Source of the DNA: an uncultured Chloroflexia bacterium
GTDB taxonomy: Bacteria > Chloroflexota > Anaerolineae > CG2-30-64-16
Reading direction: 5' to 3'
NCBI GenBank assembly: GCA_963810095.1
Contig: CAWEMM010000006.1
Span: 1,312,001-1,376,000 of the forward strand
DNA: 64,000 nt
The notes beneath the pieces are model-generated. The model worked only from the letters and a program-made list of their open reading frames with translations, searched no databases and was not told the origin of the DNA. The position numbers were made by a program, and so were the translations under genes. Of the stretch, positions 42,910 to 54,955 are shown in pieces. Each line of letters begins with the position of its first letter. The first letter of the stretch is position 1.

Positions 42910-43614
42910 TCATGCTGCCCCCACCTGTTCGTGCACGTCGACGACGAAGACCTGTTCGGCGGCCCGCCGTCCGATCACGCTGCGATTCCCGCGAATGTCG
43001 ATCGTGACCGGACCGTCAAACGGGGCAACGTCGACCACCAGAACCACCGCATCGGGGTAGACCCCGAGCGCGCCGAGGTAGCGCAGAAATTCGCCGTCTT
43101 CATTGCCAACCCGCGCAATGGTCCCAGCCTCATTGGCCCGCAGCCGTGTGAGTGGCGTGTCCATGAGCGGGCGGACTTGCCCCGCAGTCGACGGGATGGG
43201 CTCGCCGTGCGGATCGGTCAGCGGGCTGCCCAGCGCCTGGTCGATGGCCGCAGTCACCCGCTCGGACAGCACGTGCTCCCACTCTTCGGCCTCCACATGG
43301 ACCTGGTCCCACGAGAGTCCCAACACGTCCTGCAGGTAACGCTCGGCCAGCCGGTGCCGCCGCACGACCGCCAATGCGATGCGCCGGCCCGCCTCGGTCA
43401 GCATCGCCCCCTGGTATGGCGTGTAGGTCACTAACTTCTCGGCCGCCAGCTTCTTCACCATCGCGGTGACCGAGGCCGCGGCGACGCCCAGCCGTTCTGC
43501 CACGTCGTTTGTGCTTACGCCGTGACCGGCAGCACGCTCGCCGTTCGCAATCACCCGCTCGGCCTCGAGCTGGTAGATCGTTTTGAGGTAATCTTCCGTC
43601 GTCTTCTTGTTCAT
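42910..43614 (-). CDS. DtxR/MntR/TroR family metal-dependent repressor with FeoA domain
   Basis: EDYLKTIY, RRHRLAE, EAEEWEH, DPHGEPIP. Confidence 0.93.
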   Translation of the reverse strand: MNKKTTEDYLKTIYQLEAERVIANGERAAGHGVSTNDVAERLGVAAASVTAMVKKLAAEKLVTYTPYQGAMLTEAGRRIALAVVRRHRLAERYLQDVLGLSWDQVHVEAEEWEHVLSERVTAAIDQALGSPLTDPHGEPIPSTAGQVRPLMDTPLTRLRANEAGTIARVGNEDGEFLRYLGALGVYPDAVVLVVDVAPFDGPVTIDIRGNRSVIGRRAAEQVFVVDVHEQVGAA

Positions 43615-43630
43615 AGTTGCACCTAAATCT

Positions 43631-43652
43631 ATTTTTAGTCATATCTAAAAAT
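43631..43652. promoter_or_regulatory. DtxR/TroR-type operator palindrome
   Basis: ATTTTTAG-TCATAT-CTAAAAAT perfect inverted repeat just upstream of the repressor RBS and start codon. Confidence 0.75.
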
Positions 43653-43831
43653 TCCACCGTAGCAATGGCTACAGTTCGGTCGGCGGAGTCGCTCACTGTA
43701 AGCCAGACGCCTAGCCGATTAAGATAATGTCTGCTATACTAAGGTGGTCTGAGAACATAGCTTGAAGTGCGCGGGTGACGAACGCCGGGCTTCTCGCTGT
43801 CCCTGTGTCTCCCGTTTGGAGGTAGTCCATC

Positions 43832-45773
<1,942 letters not shown>

Positions 45774-45871
45774 TCTGAGCGATAGCTATGAGCATAGAAA
45801 CCAGGTTTCTCAAAGAACCCTGGTCTCTTTTGCAATCGCGACAGGATCCCCTTCGTTGCTTAGGAGCAAGC

Positions 45872-46276
45872 ATGGCTGAAACCACTCAATTCCCCGCCGG
45901 CCTCGCCGGCGAAGCCACCGTCGTCGTCATCCCCGAGGTCACCGCCCGCCACATGGGCAGCGGGACGGTCGCCGTCTTCGCCACGCCCGAGATGGTGCGC
46001 CTGATGGAGCGGGCCGCAGTCAACGGCCTGGCCCCCTACCTGGCGCCCGGCCAGCAGTCCGTCGGCACGATGGTCAACGTCAAGCACCTGGCCGCGACGC
46101 CTCTCGGTGCAACCGTCACGGCCCGCGCAGAATTGCTCTCAGTCGACGGCCGGCGGCTGCTCTTCAAGGTCTCTGCGCATGATGGCACCGACCTGATCGG
46201 CGAGGGCACGCACGAGCGCGCACTGATCGACCTGGCCAAGTTCGAGCAGCGGGTGGCGGCGAAGGCGAAGGGCTAA
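45872..46276 (+). CDS. FlK-like hotdog-fold thioesterase
   Basis: VFATPEM..LME, SVG...VKHLAATPLG, GEGTHERA. Confidence 0.85.
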   Translation: MAETTQFPAGLAGEATVVVIPEVTARHMGSGTVAVFATPEMVRLMERAAVNGLAPYLAPGQQSVGTMVNVKHLAATPLGATVTARAELLSVDGRRLLFKVSAHDGTDLIGEGTHERALIDLAKFEQRVAAKAKG

Positions 46277-46308
46277 CGGAGCGGTCCGCACGGTTCACCG
46301 GCCGGCGC

Positions 46309-48676
46309 CTAGAGTAATCCCCCTGAATAGACCAGCGCGAAATCCTGGGGCCCGCGCGGCACGTTGAACGCCCGCACCCGGATGCTATACCGCCCCAATT
46401 CGGGCTGCGCCGATCACCAGCCGCTCCACGTTGTTCACCCGGTCGGGCGATCCGCCCGGCTGCCCGTTCCGGCTGTTCCCGTAGTACAGCGCGCCCGATG
46501 GGCTCGTGACGACCAGGTCCAGGTCGTTCACCAGGTTCGGATAGATGCTCGGGCTGCCGGGGTAGTCGGTCCAGGCGAGGGTGAAGGCTAACGGCACGCT
46601 CGCATCGTTCACCGTGCACGCCCAGCGCCAGCTTTGCCCCGTGTTCAGCCCGCTCCGCTGGTCGTACCACCGCACGTCGGTCGGGCTCGGCGGCGTCAGG
46701 CTCTCGCACAGGTCGATATGCCCCCACCCCTGCGCCCAGTCGTACAGCCCCGGCCCGGCAGGCTCGAAGCGATAGCGGCGAAAGCCGGCCCCGTGGATCA
46801 AAGCGGCCTTGACGAGCGCGGCCGACGGGTTGAGGCGGCGCTTCACCGTCCGAAAGTACTGGCGCACCAGCGCGGCCGCACCGGCCGCCAGCGGCGTCGC
46901 CATGCTCGTCCCGCCGTTGTACATATACCGGTCGCTTCCCGCATATGGCCCCCAGCCGGGCGTCCCTGCCCCCGCCCAGGCAGCCGAGCGGGTCGAGAGA
47001 ATGTTGGTGCCGGGCGCCAACAAGTCCGGCTTGACCCGGCCATCGCGCGTCGGCCCCCGGCTGGAGAACGCCGCGATGTCGTTGCCGTCATTTGATGGCA
47101 GGTCGGCGCTGAGCGGAGGCGTGGCATAGTTGTCGGGCCACAAGCTGCCCCACGCCCGCTGGTACCCCCCCTGTGAGCGGACAGACTCGGCCGCGCCGAC
47201 CGTGATGCAGTTCTTGGCTGTCCCTGGTGGCGTGACACTGCCGGAATCCACGATGCCGTCGCGGTTGCCGTCCGTCCCGTCGTTCCCGGCCGCAACCAGC
47301 ACCAGGAAATCCTTGTGTTCCCACATGAACCGGTCGACTGCCTCCGCGAAGTCGTCGTATGCGCCGAACGAACCGCCGCCCCAACTGTTGCTGTGGATCC
47401 GCACGCCCACGTCGTAAGCCTGCTGAAACACCAGCTTGAGGTCTGCCGGCAGCCCCGCGAGGCCATAGTTGGGCGGATAGCGGCGATACTGGTTGAAGTA
47501 GGACTGCCGGTACGCGTCCGTCCACTTGAGTTCTTGCTCGATGGCCTGGAACACGAGCGTGGCCTCGTAGGCCAGCCCCCGGCACACTGCTCCCTGCTCG
47601 CCAAGGGTCTTCCAGACTGTGCCGTTGCCCAGGATCGAACCGGCGACATGCGTGCCGTGGCCGGAGCGAGTATCGGATGGCCCATCGTCGGCGCCCACGT
47701 TGGTCACCATCGATGACCAACCCGTCGCCACGGGCCAGCTATAGAGGTTGGCGATCCGGCCCGCAAAGTCCGGATGGATCGTCGCCGGCACGCCGCTGTC
47801 CAGCCCCGAATCCGCCATCCCCACGATCTCGCCCCGGCCGCTAAGGTTTAACCCCGAGGGGTCTTGTACCTCCTGCGCACCCATCAGCCCCGGTGCGATG
47901 TTGTTGCGCAACTGCCGCAGAACGTACGGTTCGACTGCCCGCACCCCGTGCAGCGCGGCCAACTGCGCAACCCGTCCAGCCAAGTTCTCCGCCTGAGGAT
48001 CGAAAGTCACGGTAATGACGTTCGCGCCGGGCGTTGGCTCGCTGGTATTCCCGCCGAGATCCTCGATCGGCCGGAGCGCGGCCGCCAGGTCGTCCGGCTG
48101 GAAGAACCGAACGGTGAAGGCGTTGGGCACCCGCTCGACGCCCGGCGGCACACGCGCATCGAACGCCGGCTCGCGGCGCATGATGCCCCGCGCGATCACC
48201 GGGCTGTCTCCCAGCCCTTCTGCCACGTCCGGACTGATACGCAGGTCTACGCCGTAGTGCCGGACTTCGTCGACATAAGGCGCCTGCCGCACAAACGCAT
48301 ATGCCGCGTCGTCGAGCGCGATCACATAGCCGTAAGGTGGCTCAGGCTCTTGGGGCCGGCCGCCGTGCTGGCCGATCTCCGCCAGCCACTCTGGCTTAAT
48401 GGGGCCTGCGAAGTTAACGAGGTAGTAGTGGTGGCCCGGCCCGAGGCTGTCCGGTTCCGGGGTGCTGCGGGGCGTCGCTTCGTCAAGGGCAAAGCCCGAA
48501 GCCGGTTCGGCGCGGTAGATCTCGACTTCATACCCGCGCCCGCGGAGTTGATCCACCTGTTGGTCGCTGGCGCGGGTCAACACATAGTCTTCATACTCCG
48601 CAAGGAACTGGAAGCCCTCGCGGACCAGGCGGCTGCGTGCGCGCCGCGTCGCGTAAATGAGGACCGTTTGGCTCAT
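46309..48676 (-). CDS. S8 subtilisin-family serine peptidase, KP-43-like with C-terminal beta domain (frame break ~46405)
   Basis: DSG, HGTHVAGS, AAGNDG, GTSMATP, LVNDLDL, NNVE; no obvious signal peptide. Confidence 0.92.
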
Positions 48677-48728
48677 GCTTCCCTCCGCGCCCGGCAGAGC
48701 ACTGGCGAAGGCCGGCCGGGCAAGGGCA

Positions 48729-51700
48729 TTATAGCACCCGGCCGCGCCGCCGCAGCAAGAGGATTCCACCTGCGGCCAGCAGGATGAGGAGGCCGGCCAG
48801 CCCGGCCGCGGCCGGTGGGACCCACTGGGCGCCAAGGACCCTGCTTCGCTGCGTGCTCGTCACGCCGGGGTCGCCGCTGAGGACGAAGGCGGCCCAGTAG
48901 TAGGGCGCCCGCCACTCCGGGTGGGCCGGATCGTCGCGAACGGCCGACTGGGCTGCAGCCAGCGCTTGCGCCTTGCCCACGCCCTTCGCGAGGTTCGCGT
49001 AAAAGGCGCCCATCAGGGCGGAGGTCGCGGCGTCGTCCACGCTCCAGAGGCTGGCGACGACCGAGCGCGCGCCCGCATAAAGGAACGCCCGGCTCAACCC
49101 GGTCACGTCGTCGCCCGCATTCAGCTGGCCCAGGTCCGTCTGACACGCGCTCAGCGTGATCAAGTCGGCTTCCTGCAAGTCGAGGCCGTAAACCTCGTGC
49201 ACTTCGAGCGACCCGTCGTTTCCTTCGCCGGGCGCCAGCAGCAGGCGTGAGAAGAGCGGCGCAGTGCTGTTGAGCTGCCCGTGGGCCGCGAGATGGATGA
49301 TCCCGCGACCCGGCGCCCCGGAACGCAGCGCAGTCTCGCTGGCATTTTCGCCCAGCAGCGGCTGTGTGCCCAGCGCGGCGGCCGCCGCCGCGGCCTCGGC
49401 ATCGGCCGCCTGCAGCGGCGCCAACCCTACGGGGCTGGCGTAGGCCATGACCAACGCATCCTGCGCCTGGGCTCGGGCCCTTTCCAGGGGCAAATAGGGC
49501 AGCGCGCCGACGCTGGGCAGCGAAAACAGGAGGAAGCGGCTGCCGAAATAGGCCGGCTCGCCGGGATCGGTGGCCGGTCGGGGGCCCTGCGTCCCTTGTG
49601 AAGGCCAGGCGAGTGCGGCGAAGGGCAGGTAGTGCAACGGGCCGTGAGGCACGACGCCGACAACCGGCGTGTCCAGATACGGCGCCACGGGCGCAAGCAG
49701 CCGTTCGGCGAGCCAGGCGCCCGAGGCGGGCGCCTGGCTCTGCGTATCTGTAAGGCCCCCACGGAAGGCCGCCACCTGCTCCCACACCTGCCCCGCCGGA
49801 GCCTGGAGCGTGACAGTCTGGAAACTACTCGCCCGGATCACGAATGCGAAGGAAGACTCCAGCCCAATGAAATAATCCACGAGTGTGATGTCGGGTGGCA
49901 GCAGGGCCTGGATCTGATCGAGCGTGGCTGGCTCCGCGCTCACCATCGCCGCATACTGCGGGTTGCGACTCTTGATGTCGGCCAGGAGCGCATCGTACTC
50001 CGCCTGGCGCGTGCTCAGGTCCTGGCCGAGCGCCTGGACCCGTTCTGCACTGCGCCGCGCCGATGGCTTCACCGCGTTCCTCGCGCACCTCCTGGTCCAG
50101 GCGACTGATCTCGGCCCGCAGGGCCTGCTCGCGCGCCAACAGCGCGGGCTCAACCCCTGCCGCTTGCTCCAACCGCCCCGCGTTAAGTTGGTCGAGAAGC
50201 TGCCGGCTGCGCGCCCGTTCGGTAAATGCGAACGCCTCTTCCCCCCGGCCCAGCTTCAGCGCCAGCATGGCGGCTGCGTCGTAGACGGCGCTGGCGCCCT
50301 GGGTGAGCCCCACGCGCAGCACTTCGCCCGGAGCCTGGCCCCGCAGTCGCTCGCGCAGCGTGAGCGAGCGGCGGTACGCGTCGAGCGCATCGGCATCGCG
50401 ACCCAGCTGTTCCAGCAGGTAGGCTTTATTTGACAAGGCCGTCGCCTGGCCGGCCACTTCGCCAATCTGCTCATAGAGCGCCAGGGCCCGGTCGAGATCT
50501 GGCAGGCCGTCGGCGGGCGCCGACAGGGCGGCCCGCATCAGCCCTAAGCCGTTCAAGGCGCTGGCTTCCCCGGCTTGGTCACCCAGCTCGCGAAAACCTT
50601 CGAGCGCAGCCTGGTACGTCTCGTACGCCTCCTGATTACGGCCCATTTCGCTCAAAACTGTGGCCACGTGGTTCTGCCAGGTCGCCGCAGCCCCCGGATC
50701 GGTTGCCTCGGCCGCGATCGCTGCCGCCTGGCGATAGCCGGCGAGCGCGGCCCCGTAATCGCTCCGTTCATAATCGAGGGCGGCCAGGTCGCCGAGCACC
50801 ATCCCCTCGCCGGCGCGATCGCCGATCCGCCGCCGCAGGGCCAACGCCTCTTCGTAGCTCTTGTGGGCTTCGTCCAGCCGGCCAAGCGTCATGTACAACG
50901 TTGCCAGGTTGCTCAGGCCCACCGCCTGCGGCTGGAGCATGCCCCGCTCCCGGAAAACCTCGAGCGCAGCCTGGTAGCCTTCCAATGCCTCCCGATATCG
51001 CCCCTGCGCCACGTCCTGTCCGGCCAGGTTCTCGACCACTGCGGCCTCGCCGGCCGCGTCGCCCAGCCGCCGGTGAATGGCGAGGGCCTGATCGTAGAGG
51101 GGCCGCGCTTCTTCGTAGCGCCCCTGGCTGTCGAAGTTCTGCGCCAGGTTGTTCAGCGTGACAGCTTCGTCTGCGACCGAGCCGGCCTTCCGGAACAGGA
51201 CCAGGGCCTCCTGGTAGAAGGCGGCAGCCTCGTCGTACTTCCCCCGGTGATTCGACACGCCGCCCTGGTTGTTGCGCACGGTCGCTTCGAGCTTGGGTGC
51301 CCCAAGCGTCTTCGCCGTCTGCAACGCCGCTTGCAGCGCGGCTTCTGCATCTGCACGCCGGCCGAGAAGGTCATAAACCAAGCCCAGGTCGTTGTTGATA
51401 CGCGCCAGTTGCTCGGCATCGCCCAGTTCGTCCGCAATGGCTCGGGCCGCCTCATAGCGCTCCACAGCCTCGCGGCTCCGGCCCAGCTCCTCCAGCGTCG
51501 CGCCCAGCTGCCTCAGCGCCAACGCCTCGCGCGTGCGGTTCCCCGCCGACCGTTCAAGCGCCAGGGCCTGCTCCTGGGGCTTCAGCGCCTCTGCCCAGCG
51601 TCCCAAGTCATAGAGCGCAAGCCCGGCATCCAAGCGGGCCAGTGATTCGCCGGCAGAGTCGCCGCGTTCCTGAGCAATCGCCGCCGCAGCCTCGAAGTCC

Positions 51701-52530
51701 GCGAGCGCCGCCTCGTACTGCAGGAGTGCGGATTTGGCGCCGCCCATCCCCTCCAGTGCCAACTGCTGCCACATCCGGTCGCCAAGCGCCACGGCCAGGT
51801 CGCGACTCCTTGTGTAGGCCGCCAGCGCCATTTCGTGCTGGTCGAGCGCGTTGTACACGTTCGCCAGACCCGCGTGGAGCATCAACTCGGCCCGCTGGTC
51901 CTTCAGCCCAACGGCGATGGTCAGGCCGGCCTGGAATCTCTCAATCGCTTCATCGTACCGGCCAAGCGCGTGCAAGGTAACGCCCGCGGAATTAATGGCC
52001 GAGACGGCCGAGCGCTTGGAAGCGGCATCCGTATTAGCCATGAAGAGCGTGGTCGCCTCGCCGTAGGCCGAAAGCCCGTCCTCGCGCGCACCGAGCAAGA
52101 CCCGGCAGTCGCCAATGCCCAGCCAAAGACTCCCTTCGACGACCTGATTCCGGAGGGGGCGCACTGTGTCGAGCGCCGCCTGGTACTCGGGCAGCGCGTC
52201 GGCGCAGCGGCCGAGCTTCCGGAGGTACAGCGCCAGGAAGAAGTGCGCGCCCACCTCGCCGTCGGGGTTGTCTCCCTGCTGATACAGCGCAATCGCCTGT
52301 TTGAACCGGACGAGCGCGGCGTCGACGTCACCGGCGTCCGCGAGCCGTTGGGCTTCGGTCAACGCGACGGCGGCGGCATCCGCTGCGGGCTCCGCAGCGG
52401 ATGCCGCCGCCGTCGCAATAGGAGCGGGGGTGGGGGTCTGGGCGGCCGCGGGGGCCTGTGTGACGAGTGCGATGAGCAGGACGGCCGCCAGGCCCAGCGC
52501 CAAGAGGAAGGTGTGGGGGAGTCGCAGCAT
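48729..52530 (-). CDS. Exported TPR-CHAT (caspase-like) protein with C-terminal TM anchor (frame break ~50050)
   Basis: Signal peptide, long TPR array, ERARSR, LHYLPFAAL, IIHLAAHG, LSACQT, SLWSVDD, PYYWAAF, then hydrophobic helix plus RRRGR. Confidence 0.9.
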
Positions 52531-52537
52531 GGTTTGC

Positions 52538-53623
52538 CTACTTCGTCGCGGCGTCGATCTCCGCCACCGACTTCTGGTCGCCCAACTGCTCGTAGAGGCT
52601 GCGAGCCTGCTGGTAGAACGTCTTCGCTTCCGCCGTGTTACCGATCGCACCGTATACCCTGCCCAACCCGCGATTCGCCAACGCGGCCCCCTCCCGATCG
52701 CCCGCGGCGGTCGACGCCTCGAGCGCCCCGGCATACGCCGTTTCCGCCTCGCGCGTCAGCCCCACCGCCAGCGCAATGTCGCCCGCAAGCCGTGCCAGCG
52801 CCGGCTGGGTAGGCGCCTCCGCCCCGCCCAGCCGCTGCAGCGCCTCCGCATACAGCCGCCGCCCCGCATACAGGTTGGCCACCAGCAGCCGGGTCGCCTC
52901 GTCGCTCAGACCCAGGGCGCCCACCCGGGCCTCCTCGGCGCGCACGTCCTGCGCCTCATCCGCAGCCAGCAGGGAGAAACCGAGATCCGGCCCTGCTTCC
53001 TCCCGGGAACTTCGTCCCCCCGCCTCGACCACCAGCCGGTAGCTCTTGCCAGGCTCCAGCGCCGGCGCATCCGCCGGATAAGCCAGCTCCGTTGCGCCGG
53101 CCACTTCGGTCTGCCACGTCGTGCCCTCGATGCTCACCTTGTAGCTCGTCGCACCCGGGACCGCCGTCCACTGGAGGAGCGGCCGGCCGCTCAACAGCCG
53201 CGTCTTGCGCGGCGCCACCACAACGGGGTAGTCACCCGTGCCCTGGTCGCCCGCGCGTCGGCAGCACCAGTGCGCCCTCGAACACCAACGGCGTCTCCTG
53301 TGCCGACGGGCACGGGTAGCCCTTCACCCCGCCGCTAAGTTCCTCCAAGCTGAGGTCCGAGCACGCCACCACAGCCCGGCCGGCGCCGCCGACCTTCACC
53401 AGGTCTCCCCGGCGCACCGCGGCGCCAAAAGCTGCGGGCGCATAATCCTGCCAGCCCTGGCGCTTGAGCGCGGCATCCCCCGTTACGTCGACGATCAGGG
53501 CGGCCCACGCCGGAGTTGGGGCCGCCGCGGTCGAGGGGCCGGGGCAGCGCCGCAGCCCGCCAACACGACGAGCGCCGCGGCGCAGCAAAACCATCGTCCG
53601 AAGACCATCACCCGTCGCTTCAC
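52538..53623 (-). CDS. Putative lipoprotein with FecR-like N-domain, beta-sandwich (DUF928-like) domain and TPRs (two frame breaks)
   Basis: GTG overlapping the upstream TGA, VVLAGC lipobox; GDAALKRQGW...RGDLVKV; PLLQWTAVPGATSY...LEPGKSYRLVV; C-terminal TPRs. Confidence 0.6.
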
Positions 53624-54899
53624 TTTGCAGAGCCTCCAGCTAAACGCTCCTGCGCCAGGGCCGCCCAGCCCGGCTCGACGTCGAAGTCACGCGCATAGGC
53701 CACGCACTGCTCCCAGGAAGCTTGCGCCGCCTGGCCCAGCATCTCCTGCACCTGCGCCAGCAGGCAGTGGGCCGCCCCACCGTCTGGCTTGAGGTCCATG
53801 GCCGCCCGCAAGTCACGCTCCGCAAGACGCGGCAGCATCAAGGACAGGTAGGCCCAGCCCCGGTTCTTGAGCAGCCCGTACCGCGTCAGAGCGTCGATCG
53901 ACTTGCTCTCCAAGGCGGTGTCCAGCAGCTTTACCGCCGAGCCGGGCTCCTGCTTGTGCAGTAGATAAAGCCGCGCCAGGTTGTTGTAGAGGAAGAAGTA
54001 GCGCCCGTCGGCGTGCTGCTGGCTCAGACCCAGCGTGTACTCCCGGATGGCCGCGTCGTAGTCGAGGCCTTCCTCATACACGTTGCCCAGGTTATAGTGC
54101 ACGACGCTTTGATCGGGGTCGATGGCGAGAGCCCGCTCGAAGGTCACGGCTGCTTGGGCCAGCCGGCCGGCTTCGAACGCCGCGATACCCCGGTTATTGT
54201 AGTAACGGGCCACAAGCGGCGGCAGCAGCCGGCTCAGGGCGAAGAGCACAAGCAGTGCGGTCACGGCCAGTGCCAGCCGCGCCCACTGCTCGCGACCCCG
54301 CCGAACGCCAAGCCGCGGGAATACCCGGTCGATGCCGCGCTGGAACAGCTTGAAGAAGTCGTCGGCAATCTCCGAGTCCAACCCGAACGTGTCCGCGACC
54401 CGGCCGATCAGGCGCCGCCCGCGCACGGTCAGCGCGTTCGCGGCGAAGAGCACCAGGACGATCAGGATGAGGGTGACGAATACGCCCAGGAAGTCGACGC
54501 CGGGCGCCAGAAATCGCCGGGCCATGTCGGCAGTCAGCGCCACCGCCGCCGCAATAACCAGCGTGGTGATAATCGTCCAAAGCAGGTCGACTGTGGTTTC
54601 GCCGGCAGGGGTCGGCGGCCACCACCACGCCGTAGGCGGGGGCAGTCGAGCGTCGCGCCAATCGGGCACTTCTGCCGCAGCGGCCGCATGCACGTGCGGC
54701 AGCACCGCCCGCAGCCGCGTATCCAGAGCGGTCGCCTGGGCGATCGCCGCAGCGGTAGGTGTCTCGAGGTGCTCGAAGGCGTAAGCGACATTATCGCGCG
54801 CGGCGAGAAGTTGGAGTGCGTCCTGCGGAGCGTGTGGGCCGCGCCCCATGCCTCGAGGCAGCTTGCATAGTTTGCCAGGGCTTCTGTGTGGTCGTTCAC
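53620..54899 (-). CDS. Membrane protein with 3 TM segments and C-terminal TPRs (probable frame break ~54840)
   Basis: LLAARD...PPPTAWWW N-domain, TM helices, YNNRG/HYNLG/YNNLA/KNRGWA TPRs. Confidence 0.8.
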
Positions 54900-54955
54900 T
54901 GCAAGGCGAGTATAGCACGATGGTTTGCCCTGACAACGCGTGGTAGAATTGCCTT

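Noticed and set aside
48729-52530. TPR-CHAT as part of a type III-E CRISPR (Craspase) system
   Set aside because: No cas genes or repeat-spacer array in the window, and the protein appears exported.
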